64,000 nucleotides of DNA, from NCBI GenBank assembly GCA_016928095.1, contig JAFGLL010000061.1, forward strand, positions 1,181 to 65,180. The letters are read 5' to 3'. Under the pieces are notes generated by a model. That model had not been told where the DNA came from, searched no databases, and saw only the letters and a program-made list of their open reading frames with translations. The stretch is from Thermoplasmatota archaeon. Its GTDB lineage: Archaea; Thermoplasmatota; Penumbrarchaeia; Penumbrarchaeales; Penumbrarchaeaceae. A program made the translations under genes and the position numbers. Positions 29,641 through 39,489 of the stretch are shown in pieces (positions within the stretch are counted from its first letter, which is position 1; the number at the start of each line of letters is the position of its first letter).

Positions 29641-30602
29641 TCGACCTCCATGGCTGTGGGTATGTCCGTCGTCATGGTGATAGGGAACTCTTCCGGAGGT
29701 TCGATGGACCCTTTGATATTGAGAAATGTAAACGACCTTGACCAGTTATTCCCCCTCTTCTCCGCTCTCACCTCGATGACAGCATCGAAAAGTGTGGTCT
29801 CCTGCCCGGAGAGGCCATGGTCGTCCAGGGGACACCCGATCAGGGCCAACCCTCCTTTTTCCCTCAAGGCCTTCTTGAGCATTCTCATCCTGTCGATCAC
29901 TTCTTCACTTGATGTCTCCTCGACGAGGTCGACCAGGGAGTCCAGGACCAACCTGAAGGGAAGGACCTGTTTGGTTATTATCTCCGTGAGCTTCGAGAGT
30001 ATTTCCAGATGAGGTCCCATGGAGATGGTCCTGTCGCTTGAGTTGGATGATATCTCGAGGAGGTCAGTGACCATGATCCCCTCGGAGATGAACCTGTCCC
30101 TTTTTTGGAGTGCTGACAGTCTCCTGTCGATCAAGGGAAGTATGGAGACCAGTTCAGGCATGCTCTCGATCCCCAGGTCAGCCATTTCCTCCATCATCTC
30201 ACCCCCTGTCTGGTGGGTGGAGATCATTACCGAATAGTTATCCTCCTCCGGTGTGTCGAAGAACTGTTTCAGGAGCGTGTCCCCTCCACTTCCCTTGCCG
30301 AACTTGAAGAGGACCAGTTTGGAGGTCCCAAGCTTGTTCTGTATCCGTCTGGATATGCTCTGACTCCCCACAAGCAGCTTCATTTCTTGCCACCCCCTGG
30401 AGATATCAGGAAGGTATGGTCGATGGTGCTGGAGAGCTCCATCGATACTCTGGACCCTTCCGGGGCCTCCTGGTCGAACATCACTACCAGGAGCTGCTCC
30501 TCCAGCATTCGGTTGAGAAGGAAATGGAAGAACTCGCTCAATTGCCCCTGGGTATAGTACCTTTTCAGGCTTGTGAACGAGTCCAGCACCAGAAAGGAAC
30601 AC
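29637..30602 (-). CDS. KaiC/RecA-like protein with degenerate P-loop (pseudo-ATPase)
   Basis: The track ORF overlaps the upstream gene. The likely true start is the internal Met (MKLLVGSQ) at ~30383, directly abutting the upstream stop. Residual P-loop LVLFKFGKGSGGDT. KaiC-like C-terminal pattern (LVLDSLVDL ... NIKGSIEPPEEF). Confidence 0.45.
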   Translation of the reverse strand: MFLSGAGLVHKPEKVLYPGAIERVLPFPSQPNAGGAAPGSDVRPGGPGRVQSIDGALQHHRPYLPDISRGWQEMKLLVGSQSISRRIQNKLGTSKLVLFKFGKGSGGDTLLKQFFDTPEEDNYSVMISTHQTGGEMMEEMADLGIESMPELVSILPLIDRRLSALQKRDRFISEGIMVTDLLEISSNSSDRTISMGPHLEILSKLTEIITKQVLPFRLVLDSLVDLVEETSSEEVIDRMRMLKKALREKGGLALIGCPLDDHGLSGQETTLFDAVIEVRAEKRGNNWSRSFTFLNIKGSIEPPEEFPITMTTDIPTAMEVE

Positions 30603-30961
30603 TCATTGTTCTGTGATCTGAGTATCCTTTCGATCTCTATGAGGATGGACTCCAGAGATACCGGTGTCGATAGGAAAACGAAATCATCCCCCGAACTGAT
30701 GCGGGAACCCAGCGAGAGCGATATCGTATCGATCACCTTCAGGCCCATCCTCGGCATTTTTGAAAGAGATATCCTTCTCGTAAGAGCATTCGCGGACCAC
30801 TGGGTGGAGATCAGGATACCTCTCCGTCCCTGCCTCTTCGCAAGGTGCTCTATGATCTCCGCGAATTCTTTTATGTAGGCTTCTCCGGAAGCATACGCGA
30901 GGACCTGAGCACCTGGTCTGAGAGCGGGCTTGGGGATGGACATTACCTCCTCGATCAGCAT
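30380..30961 (-). CDS. KaiC/RecA-like protein lacking Walker A (pseudo-ATPase)
   Basis: 193 aa. Similar to the RecA-superfamily core (FLVLDSFTSL; LLVVMFD) but with no GxxxxGK[ST]. Its start abuts the stop of the upstream ATPase. Confidence 0.45.
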   Translation of the reverse strand: MLIEEVMSIPKPALRPGAQVLAYASGEAYIKEFAEIIEHLAKRQGRRGILISTQWSANALTRRISLSKMPRMGLKVIDTISLSLGSRISSGDDFVFLSTPVSLESILIEIERILRSQNNECSFLVLDSFTSLKRYYTQGQLSEFFHFLLNRMLEEQLLVVMFDQEAPEGSRVSMELSSTIDHTFLISPGGGKK

Positions 30962-31696
30962 CTACTTCACCTCCAGGGGTTTTATGCGGGGAACAAGGAA
31001 CACACCTTCCTTGGATATGTCTATCACGTAAGTGTTCCTGGCGTGAGGTGACCCCTTCCATCTCTCAATGGTCAGCGTGTTCATTATCACGGGGGGTTCC
31101 CTCTCCTTCCTGAAACCGACAATGATGTCGAAGATCTGATGTTGCATGGTCGGAACCTTCATCTCCTCAAGTGATGAACCGGTATCCAGTGCGATGAACG
31201 TTGACACTCCCATCTCCATCAGTTTGCCCTTGAGCTTCTGCATGAAGAACAGCTTGTTCCATTTTTCCAGGAGGTCGAGGATCGGATTGACTGGGTCGAT
31301 GACCAGTCTTTTAGCATCCAGGTGCTTTATGATCTGGACCAACAGTGAGAAGAACAGGTCCACATCGTCCGGTCCGGAGCTTTCAAGGTCAAGTCCTATC
31401 AAACCCATCAGGTCCTGGATGTTGAAGATCGATATGTATCCGTCCTTCAGCCAATTGGGCTGATGGGTTTTGAACGAGGATATATGACTTGACAGTCTTC
31501 CCGGTGGTTCGTTGGATATCAGGCAGACATCATTTGTCAGACTGGCACCTTGAAACAGGAAATGATACAACATGGAACTCTTGCCACATCCGGCCGGGCC
31601 GTAGAACAGCCCCATGGTTCCAGGTAACAGTCGGCCCAGCGTGATATTATCCAGTTGCTCGACCCCGAAACAGCTATCTCTATTCACTTCATCCAT
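30962..31696 (-). CDS. KaiC-like RecA-superfamily ATPase (intact Walker A/B)
   Basis: 244 aa. FGVEQLDNITLGRLLPGTMGLFYGPAGCGKSSMLYHF (Walker A), KRLVIDPV (Walker B), C-terminal ...RWKGSPHARNTYVIDISKEGVFLVP typical of KaiC/RadB-like proteins. TATA-like TTAAATAA ~25 nt upstream. Confidence 0.75.
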   Translation of the reverse strand: MDEVNRDSCFGVEQLDNITLGRLLPGTMGLFYGPAGCGKSSMLYHFLFQGASLTNDVCLISNEPPGRLSSHISSFKTHQPNWLKDGYISIFNIQDLMGLIGLDLESSGPDDVDLFFSLLVQIIKHLDAKRLVIDPVNPILDLLEKWNKLFFMQKLKGKLMEMGVSTFIALDTGSSLEEMKVPTMQHQIFDIIVGFRKEREPPVIMNTLTIERWKGSPHARNTYVIDISKEGVFLVPRIKPLEVK

Positions 31697-31824
31697 GAAT
31701 ACAGATATTCATATGGTTATTTAACATCTATCGAATGTGTCCACATGGATGGGGTCCCTGAAAAAAGAAGGTCCCATCAAGGATATCTGACGGAGACCGG
31801 TTATGGTCTTAAAAACACCCCATC

Positions 31825-34335
31825 TCAAACTGTCGGGTTCTCCCCCCCCCTCTCAAGCTGAGCTTCGACGGAGGTCTTCCTGTCAAGAGCATCATGGTTA
31901 TCGGGATTGAATCGCAGGACCCTCTTGTAACATTCGAGTGCCTTCATCGGTTCGTTCTGCTGCCTGAAAACATTGGCCTTGAGCATCCAGACCCTCTCAT
32001 TCCTGGGATCGATCTGGAGCGCCGAGGTCAAGGTGACGTGAGCTTGATCGAGAGACCCCATGGCGATGCAGGTCTCCGTGAGGTCGAGATATGTATTGAT
32101 ATTTGCCGGATCCACGGAGATAGCTTTTCTATAATGTTCGATGGCCGAACCCAGCTCTCCCTTGAGCCTGATGGCCTTGGCCATGGAGGACAGGACCTCT
32201 CCGTTCTCGGGTTCTATCTTCAGAGCCTTCTGGTAGCATTTCATTCCGTCATCGATGAGGTTGTATTCCTCGGTAAGGATCCTTCCCTTCTCCTGCCATG
32301 CCAGATAGTTCGAATCATCGAGACGGGTCGCCTGGTCCAGACATTTCAATCCTTCCTGATGTTTTTCGAAACCCCGAGATAGGACCATTCCTTTGTTAAA
32401 CCATCCATCCGAGCGGTCCGAATCCATCTTTGTAACCATGTCAAAGCAGTTGAGCGCTTCCTCCGGGTCATACAATGATTCGAAGTACAGTATCCCGAGT
32501 TCCTTCCAGAGTTCGGGTTCCTGGTTGTTCCTTTTTATCGTGTTCTTCAATAGTGTGACCGCCTCGGATGTCCTATCGAGATGTTCTGCAAGTATGTTCG
32601 CTTTGGAGATTATCATGCTTATGTTCTTCGGATCGGACCTGATGGACTCGTTCATGAACTCCAGTGCTTTATTGGGATCGTTCTTCAGATGCAGGGCGCC
32701 GAGCCCGGAAACGTAGAGAGCCAGGGGGTCGTGAGGCCTCAACAGGAGAAGCTCATCGGCGACCTGGATAGTATCCTTGAGTTCCCTTTTACATCTCAGG
32801 TGCATGTCGATGATACGATGGAGGATCTCATGGGCTTCAGGATTGGCCTCACGCGCATTCTCGAGGAATTGCAGGGAAGCTTCAATATCTCCTTCAACCT
32901 TTTCGGCTATCTCGCTTTTGAACATCCAGGCATGGATATGTGTGGGATCTGCCTCGACCACCTTGTCGAAATATTTCTTTGCCTTTTTCACATCCTTCAG
33001 CTTCTTGTAGGAGATCAACCCCATCCTGAAGGATCCCACAACGTGGTTGGGGTTGATCCTGAGGAGTGACCTGTAAGCAAGGATCGATTCCTCCATCCTG
33101 CTCAGCCTCTGCTCCAGTATCTGTGCCTTGTTGAACCATGCCTCTTCATTGTACGGGTCCTGTGTCAATGCGTATTCAAGGCATTTCAGGCCATCCTCCT
33201 CACGTCCCTTCGTTTTACCCATTATGATGCCTTTTTTGATCCAAACGGGATAATATTGAGGATCGATGTCCGTAGCCTGGTCATACGAGTACAATGCTTC
33301 CTCGATATCGCTAAGCTCATGATGGCACATACCGGAGTAGGCCCATGCATCTCGGTTCTCTTCGTTCTTGTCCAGGACCCTGTTGAAACACGAAATTGCT
33401 TTTTCGTATTGACCCGAACCGTACAGGACCTTTCCCTTTTCCAGAAGTAGATCGGGGTTATCACTGTCAAGGACAAGACCTTCCTCGATATAGAAAAGAG
33501 CGGTTTCTGTCGTGTCCCCCTCCAGTGCTTCCCTTGCTCTAACCAGAAGCTCCCTGGTGATCTTCTTTGTTTCCTCGAGGTGGGGTTCCGGCCTGTCCTT
33601 ACCAAGAGGCTCTATGGCAGATCCCAGATGGACCAGGTCCCAGGCATGGGTCCCGGATGGTCCGCTCTCCGGTCTATGATGGGATACTCTCGACTGTGAC
33701 CTCTCTTTGATAAGGACCATGTAATCAAGGATCTCCTCTGAGCTTACCTTTGTCGATCTCTCCCAGAGTGCGTTCATGTCCTCCAGAAGATTGTCCACCA
33801 TGTCCTTTCCGATGATCAGATGTCCATAGCCTATATCGTTCAGAAGCTGGTCCGAAGAGAGGTCGCCTGTGGCAATGATGGCTTTTTTTCCATCCATTAC
33901 GATCGCGCAGAGGGACAGGTTCGGGAGGAAACGGATCTCCATATTGGAATTTGGTTCGCCAAGGAGAAGGGCGAGTATCCTAAGGACCTCGGGGTCGATC
34001 CCCTTGGTGATGAAATCCGCCTCGGAGAATCGTAGCAACAGTCGAACGGCCATTTTCTTTTTTGACCTGGCGATAAGTATCGATTGTATCTTCCTCAGAA
34101 GATCCGTATCCATGGTCGGAGTGGCTATGAGCGCTTCTCTTTCCACCTCCATGAAGTGCCAGAGGAAAATGTTCTTCCAGGGGGTCTGAAAGAAATAATG
34201 ACCGCTCTCCTCGACCACGCTCATCCTTTTACCGCCTCGCCCATTGATCGGGCTCGTCACGATAGATGGGGGAACATCTACTTTATATTGTCTCCCTGTA
34301 TCTTCACATCGGAAAATCTCGATGGGATACATCAT
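31825..34335 (-). CDS. TPR-repeat protein with ~230-aa N-terminal domain (possibly a degenerate PLD-like fold)
   Basis: 836 aa. More than 12 TPR repeats (W/LG/Y/A/F/A/P pattern, e.g. AWAYSGMCHHELSDIEEALYSYDQATDIDPQY). N-terminal segment ...RFLPNLSLCAIVMDGKKAIIATGDLSS resembles the PLDc_2 strand-loop (xxDxxxxxxGSxN-like) but lacks the H-K pair. A G9 homopolymer lies 8 codons before the stop. Confidence 0.7.
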   Translation of the reverse strand: MMYPIEIFRCEDTGRQYKVDVPPSIVTSPINGRGGKRMSVVEESGHYFFQTPWKNIFLWHFMEVEREALIATPTMDTDLLRKIQSILIARSKKKMAVRLLLRFSEADFITKGIDPEVLRILALLLGEPNSNMEIRFLPNLSLCAIVMDGKKAIIATGDLSSDQLLNDIGYGHLIIGKDMVDNLLEDMNALWERSTKVSSEEILDYMVLIKERSQSRVSHHRPESGPSGTHAWDLVHLGSAIEPLGKDRPEPHLEETKKITRELLVRAREALEGDTTETALFYIEEGLVLDSDNPDLLLEKGKVLYGSGQYEKAISCFNRVLDKNEENRDAWAYSGMCHHELSDIEEALYSYDQATDIDPQYYPVWIKKGIIMGKTKGREEDGLKCLEYALTQDPYNEEAWFNKAQILEQRLSRMEESILAYRSLLRINPNHVVGSFRMGLISYKKLKDVKKAKKYFDKVVEADPTHIHAWMFKSEIAEKVEGDIEASLQFLENAREANPEAHEILHRIIDMHLRCKRELKDTIQVADELLLLRPHDPLALYVSGLGALHLKNDPNKALEFMNESIRSDPKNISMIISKANILAEHLDRTSEAVTLLKNTIKRNNQEPELWKELGILYFESLYDPEEALNCFDMVTKMDSDRSDGWFNKGMVLSRGFEKHQEGLKCLDQATRLDDSNYLAWQEKGRILTEEYNLIDDGMKCYQKALKIEPENGEVLSSMAKAIRLKGELGSAIEHYRKAISVDPANINTYLDLTETCIAMGSLDQAHVTLTSALQIDPRNERVWMLKANVFRQQNEPMKALECYKRVLRFNPDNHDALDRKTSVEAQLERGGENPTV

Positions 34336-34967
34336 ACCGTCAGGTGAGATATTATCCCGCTCATCCTCTCGTATTCCAGTACCGCCAGGACACGAGAGTG
34401 ACCATTGCAGACCGAGCGTATCCCCGATGCCATGTTCTCTTCTCTTTTCTCCTCAAGTCTCCTGAACCCTCTGAACCGGTTTATTGATCGGTCCCACTCG
34501 ATGGCGAGGCCTTCGGGAGTGTCCGATCGGAACTTCCGCCGGTTGATCCTCTTCAAACGAAGGGATTGCCTGACCAATGTGGTCCCGCCTATCAATTCGG
34601 TATATTGTTTGGAAAAGGATCCATCATCCATATCAAGAGGGACAAGGGGTATCTTATCCTTCAACGATATCCTGCATGCCTCCACCAGGGAAGGCGGTGG
34701 GACCTGGACCTCTCCGAATCTGGACATTTCCCTTGCATATATCTTCTCGGTGGTGGAGAGGAAAGTATTCTTGATCTTACCGTTGACCACGGCTTTTAGG
34801 CCCCTGATCTCTTCCCTGCTTATGTGCAAGCAGAGCATCTCTGGCCTGAACCCTTCATAAGTCTCGCGGACCAAGAGCCCTTCCGAAACAAGTCCTTTGA
34901 TGGTTCCCAGCAGTATGACCTGGCAATTACCAATATCAAATGTTCTTTGGCGATCCGTGGCGGTCAA
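34332..34967 (-). CDS. TraB/GumN-family-like protein (weak)
   Basis: 211 aa. N-terminal QVILLGTIKGLVSEG is loosely like the TraB GTAHVS motif. Overlaps the TPR gene start by 4 nt. Confidence 0.3.
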   Translation of the reverse strand: MTATDRQRTFDIGNCQVILLGTIKGLVSEGLLVRETYEGFRPEMLCLHISREEIRGLKAVVNGKIKNTFLSTTEKIYAREMSRFGEVQVPPPSLVEACRISLKDKIPLVPLDMDDGSFSKQYTELIGGTTLVRQSLRLKRINRRKFRSDTPEGLAIEWDRSINRFRGFRRLEEKREENMASGIRSVCNGHSRVLAVLEYERMSGIISHLTV

Positions 34968-34971
34968 TGTT

Positions 34972-37410
34972 TCATCTTCTCCTTGCAGAAGGTCCTTTTT
35001 GGTCGTTATTTAGTTCGTTGGATGCCTTCCTGGACCTGGTTCTGGAGGATCTGATCCTATCGCTCTCACCTGAAGGTCGACCTCTTGTCTTTATGATGAA
35101 GAGGTATACGGCGATGATAAGGACCATTAGCAGAAGGGTGGCCATAATGATCACCATTATGGGATCATCAGAGGCATCATCATCCCTTGACCTGTTGGGG
35201 TCCAGTGGAAAATGATCGTCCATATCGTTCACTTCGTCCCCGTCCGTATCCGGGTCATTCGGGTCCGTTTCGGTGTCATCCACACGACCGTTGGCATTCT
35301 GGTCCTCGAAACCATCCTTCAGGAAATCACCGTCGGTGTCAGGGTTCAGCGGATCGGTAGCGTTTCCGTCGCTCATGTCTATCTCTATTCCATCAATAAG
35401 ACCGTCCCCGTCGGTATCAGGATCGTTGGGATCGGTCTCGCCAGTATCAACGATGCCATTCCCGTTCTTATCCTCATCGATGTCCGGTATGCCGTCCTCA
35501 TCAGTATCGTTCGATCTTGGGTCCAGCACCATGATCGTCCTCCTCTCCGGGGTGGAAATATGGGTTCCGTCGAAAGCGTGTACCCATATTGTGTGAAGTC
35601 CTCCTGAGATATTGCCTGTGGAAACTTCGATCCTGAAATGCCCTCCGAGCAGGGAGTCGAAGATAGAATACGTACGGTAGGCCCCTTCATCGAACCTGAA
35701 TTTGACCCCGTAGATCCCCAGATCATCCTCGATATCCCCTTCGATGAGGACCGAACCCGAGACCTTGGTTCCGTTCACCGGCCCTGTGAGAGTGATATGG
35801 GGACCTTCGTTGGGAGGGTAAAGCGTCAGGGTGATCGAATCGGTGGGATCCGATATGTCACCCGATGTCACCTCGTATCCGTCCTTCATTGCAATGACCG
35901 TGATCGGCAAGTGGGAATAAACACCGGAGATGTCCCTTTGGAAGACCATGATCGATACATCTGCGGAGGTACCGTCAAGACCGGTGTGAGAGGATCCCAT
36001 CCATGTTCCGTCGACATTCTTCAGATCGATCTGGGCTCCGGCCACGGGGTCCAATGTCGGGTACTCGTTCACTGATACGTCCATTGTGATGACGTACCTG
36101 ATGGACGATCCATCATCGATGAACGATATCTCGGAGGGTGGAAGGGTATCCACCATATCTATCCTGGAGCCTTCGTCCAGTGTCATCTTGTAATTGATTA
36201 TCGAACCCAGTGTCGAGTTACCAACGACGAAGTGTGACGAGATAGCACTGATATGTGCATATCCTGAACCGGTGAATGTGCATTCCTCGAACCGACCGGA
36301 AGATCCTTCGGAATAGACGGTGGAGAATACCAGGTCTTCCGTTCCACCTCCATTGTTATTGAAGGATGTATCGGAAACATCCAGGGTTGTCTGGACCAGG
36401 TGAAGGGCACTCTCTCCGGAATAGATGATATCCGAATTCACAATATCAAGGTGAGCACCCAATGCCTGTATCCCGTCGGAATAACTCTCCTCGATCAAGA
36501 CCCCGTCAAGTTCCAGCGTGGTCTTGGTAAGGGATGAGATACCCACGTTCGCTCCGCTTATCAGCCCATTCGTTATTGATATCGAAGAATTAAGGGATAA
36601 TAGCTGGTGCGAGGTTCCGGTCGTTCCTGAGACCAGTTCCAATCCATATCCCTCTATGGTCGAGTCCACGGAATTGATGCCTATCTGTCTGGAATCCGAT
36701 ATACGCGATCCACCCAGATACACCTCCGACATGTAGGACCTGATCCCTGTACCACATTCCGCGATCGTGAGTTCTTCAAGGTGCGAGGCCTCGACCTTCA
36801 GCAAATGGATCCCGTAGTATGTGGAATTCTCGATATGGGTCCTCTCGACAACAAGGGACCTTCCACTCCCCATCGGACCCTTGATATCCAGTCCGTTCCT
36901 CGTTGAATTCAGGATAGCAGTATCGAACATTCTCAGGTCCGAGGAGTGGGAACGGACCGCGATCTCCGCTCCTTCGAAGGTCGTGTTCATTATCAATGGA
37001 GAGGCTGAGGGGTCAGCTTCCATAAGATTGATCCCGCCCCATATACTGCCTGATCGGACCGGTCCGAGATAGACCGGTTCGAGGACCGTCCCTTGAAATA
37101 GAGGGGCGCAGGTCATGTTCAAAAAGACATGTTCTTCGAAAAGCACCCTTGTGCCTGGACCGAGGAATAACGGCTTTGAGGCAGGTATGTCTAGGTTTCG
37201 GATCACATGGTATTCGTTCCCCTCTTTGATTATGATCGAAGGATAGGACCCCATGATATCCTCCATGGAATAGAAACCCTCGGGTGTGTCGGTGCCTGAG
37301 CAGGGAGCCATGATTAGTCCAAGACCCATGATCAACATCAGGATGGACAGGGTCGCCGGGATCGTTGTACCCTGTCTTGGAAAGGGAGTGGTTACCCTCT
37401 CTTTTTGCAT
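34972..37410 (-). CDS. Large surface protein: signal anchor, parallel beta-helix repeats, thrombospondin-type-3-like Ca-binding repeats, C-terminal TM plus basic tail
   Basis: 812 aa. N-terminal TM TIPATLSILMLIMGLGLIMA. Beta-helix repeat patterns. C-terminal DTDEDGIPDIDEDKNGNGIVDTGETDPNDPDTDGDGLIDG..DPLNPDTDGDFLKDG..DPNDPDTDGDEVND, then TM PIMVIIMATLLLMVLIIAVYLFII and an Arg/Ser-rich tail. Paralogous in design to the giant protein at 1-16839. Confidence 0.8.
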   Translation of the reverse strand: MQKERVTTPFPRQGTTIPATLSILMLIMGLGLIMAPCSGTDTPEGFYSMEDIMGSYPSIIIKEGNEYHVIRNLDIPASKPLFLGPGTRVLFEEHVFLNMTCAPLFQGTVLEPVYLGPVRSGSIWGGINLMEADPSASPLIMNTTFEGAEIAVRSHSSDLRMFDTAILNSTRNGLDIKGPMGSGRSLVVERTHIENSTYYGIHLLKVEASHLEELTIAECGTGIRSYMSEVYLGGSRISDSRQIGINSVDSTIEGYGLELVSGTTGTSHQLLSLNSSISITNGLISGANVGISSLTKTTLELDGVLIEESYSDGIQALGAHLDIVNSDIIYSGESALHLVQTTLDVSDTSFNNNGGGTEDLVFSTVYSEGSSGRFEECTFTGSGYAHISAISSHFVVGNSTLGSIINYKMTLDEGSRIDMVDTLPPSEISFIDDGSSIRYVITMDVSVNEYPTLDPVAGAQIDLKNVDGTWMGSSHTGLDGTSADVSIMVFQRDISGVYSHLPITVIAMKDGYEVTSGDISDPTDSITLTLYPPNEGPHITLTGPVNGTKVSGSVLIEGDIEDDLGIYGVKFRFDEGAYRTYSIFDSLLGGHFRIEVSTGNISGGLHTIWVHAFDGTHISTPERRTIMVLDPRSNDTDEDGIPDIDEDKNGNGIVDTGETDPNDPDTDGDGLIDGIEIDMSDGNATDPLNPDTDGDFLKDGFEDQNANGRVDDTETDPNDPDTDGDEVNDMDDHFPLDPNRSRDDDASDDPIMVIIMATLLLMVLIIAVYLFIIKTRGRPSGESDRIRSSRTRSRKASNELNNDQKGPSARRR

Positions 37411-37552
37411 AGGGGTAATTTTACCTCTCTATTAAATTAATTTACCCGACGTTCGTGAAACGGATCCATCGATATGAAGGATTTATGTACCTTATTCCCG
37501 TTAGGTCCGTTCAAGCATGGTCGATGGGACCAGAAAGTTCAATGGTGGTAAC

Positions 37553-39214
37553 ATGGAAAGGATGGTGGAATGTGTTCCCAATTTCAGCGAAGGCAGGGAC
37601 CTGACCGTTCTGGAGGCCATATCCGGAGCCGTCAAGAGCGTGAAGGGAGTGACACTGTTGAACATGGACCCCGGATATGATTTCAACCGAACGGTCTTCA
37701 CTTTCGTGGGAGAACCCGAAAATGTACTAGAGGCGGCCTTTCAGGCAGCAAGGGTGGGATATGCGCTTATAGATATGCGGAAACACAAGGGCGAACATGC
37801 CCGAATGGGTGCACTGGACGTGTGTCCTTTCATACCGATAAAGGGGATCGGGATGGATGAATGCTCGGAACTTGCACGAAGGTTCGGGGCGCGTGTCTGG
37901 GAAGAGCTTGGTATCCCCGTCTTCCTTTATGCGAACTCGGCTCAGCGTCCCGACAGGGTGAGCCTTCCGAACATACGTAAAGGCGAATATGAGGCTCTGG
38001 AGAAGAAGCTCAAGGACCCGATTTTCAGACCCGATATCGGCGACCCGGTATTCATTCCGAAAAGTGGTGTAACTGCCGCGGGAGCTCGTCAGATACTCAT
38101 AGCGTACAATGTGAACCTGAACACATCCGACAAGTCGATCGCCTCCGAGATATCCGGAAAGATAAGGGAGAGCGGGGTGTTGAAGAAGGACCAGAATGGG
38201 GAGAAGGTGATCGGTCCTGACGGTAGACCGGAAAGGGTCCCCGGAAGGTTCAGGGGGGTTCAAGCGGGCGGAATGATGTACAATGAAGATACAGCCCAGG
38301 TCTCGATGAACCTTCTTGATCATGATGATGTCGATCTCCATGATGTCTTCGAAGCCTGCCGCGAAGAAGCCCGAGAACTTGGCGCTGATGTTACAGGCTC
38401 GGAGATAGTCGGTCTCGTTCCGAGGGATTCACTCATTAAGGCTGGTAAGTTCTATGCTTCCAAACTGGGGGAGAGCATATCCGGAGATGATGGGTATGTC
38501 GAGCTGGCCATCGCCTCGCTCGGATTGAACCAGTTGTACCAGTTCAAGGCCGATGAGAAGGTCATCGAGGATATGGTAACGGAGAGTGGCCCCCTGGCAA
38601 AGATGACACTGAAAGGGTTCATGGATGTGCTGGCCTCAGATTCCCCCGCACCTGGTGGAGGCAGCGTGGCAGCACTCTCCGGAGCTCTGGGTGCAGCTTT
38701 GATGGAGATGGTATGCAACCTGACATACGGTAAAAAGAGATACGAGGAGGTCTGGGACGAGATGAGGGCCAGTGGCAAAAAGGTCTCCGTGCTCAGGAAA
38801 CGTCTTTTAGACCTTGTGGATGAGGATACAGATGCCTTCAACGATGTGATGCAGGCGTTCAAACTACCAAAAGATAGCGAGGAAGAAAAGGCAGCCAGGT
38901 CAAGGGCCATACAGGAAGGGTACAAGAAAGCCATAGCAACCCCCCTTGAGACTGCGAAGGTGTGTTTGAAGGTCCTTGAGGCTAGCGTGGAGATCGCCGA
39001 AAAGGGGAACAAGAATTCCATATCGGATGTTGGTGTGGGGGCAGACATGGCAGGAGCCGGGTTGGACGGAGCCGTTATGAACATCAGGACCAACCTAGCT
39101 TCGATCAAGGATGAGGGTCACGTGGCAAGAATGGAGGCAGAGGTGGTGACGATGATGGCCAGGAAAGAGGAACTTTTGATCTCAGTAAGGACTATGGTCA
39201 ATCAGAAAATGTGA
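37553..39214 (+). CDS. Bifunctional glutamate formimidoyltransferase / formimidoyl-THF cyclodeaminase (FTCD-like)
   Basis: N-terminal signature MVECVPNFSEGR (formiminotransferase) and C-terminal cyclodeaminase motif SPAPGGGSVAALSGALGAALMEMV. The track ORF starts 36 nt upstream. Start chosen at MERMVECVPNFSEGR, which is preceded by GGTGGT. Confidence 0.75.
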   Translation: MERMVECVPNFSEGRDLTVLEAISGAVKSVKGVTLLNMDPGYDFNRTVFTFVGEPENVLEAAFQAARVGYALIDMRKHKGEHARMGALDVCPFIPIKGIGMDECSELARRFGARVWEELGIPVFLYANSAQRPDRVSLPNIRKGEYEALEKKLKDPIFRPDIGDPVFIPKSGVTAAGARQILIAYNVNLNTSDKSIASEISGKIRESGVLKKDQNGEKVIGPDGRPERVPGRFRGVQAGGMMYNEDTAQVSMNLLDHDDVDLHDVFEACREEARELGADVTGSEIVGLVPRDSLIKAGKFYASKLGESISGDDGYVELAIASLGLNQLYQFKADEKVIEDMVTESGPLAKMTLKGFMDVLASDSPAPGGGSVAALSGALGAALMEMVCNLTYGKKRYEEVWDEMRASGKKVSVLRKRLLDLVDEDTDAFNDVMQAFKLPKDSEEEKAARSRAIQEGYKKAIATPLETAKVCLKVLEASVEIAEKGNKNSISDVGVGADMAGAGLDGAVMNIRTNLASIKDEGHVARMEAEVVTMMARKEELLISVRTMVNQKM

Positions 39215-39225
39215 GGTGTGTTCAG

Positions 39226-39489
39226 ATGGGTAAGATAGAGAAGCTCACCAAGGATATCGATAAATTGAAGCTGGATATCGTGAAATGTGAGGAAAAGCTC
39301 CAGGAGGCAAGGGAATACCACAAGAAAGGCAAGATCGACAAGGATGGCTGGTCCAAGGCGAGACTCAGGTATCAGGAGAAGATACGAACGACCCAGATCG
39401 CGATACGAAGGAAGGAGAAGGCCCGTCTGCATTTCGAAAAGGAAGAGAAGGAGAAGAGGGAAGAGAAGTCCAAGAAGGAAAAGAAATGA
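39226..39489 (+). CDS. Small Lys/Glu-rich coiled-coil protein
   Basis: ~87 aa starting at MGKIEKLTKDIDKLKLDIVKCEEKLQEAREYHKK...EKSKKEKK. A GAGGTG RBS-like sequence lies 8 nt upstream. The first ATG overlaps the FTCD stop. Confidence 0.45.
   Translation: MGKIEKLTKDIDKLKLDIVKCEEKLQEAREYHKKGKIDKDGWSKARLRYQEKIRTTQIAIRRKEKARLHFEKEEKEKREEKSKKEKK

Noticed and set aside
37727-39108. 204-aa and 218-aa minus-strand ORFs inside the formiminotransferase-cyclodeaminase gene
   Set aside because: Antisense to a CDS that carries unambiguous FTCD signature motifs.
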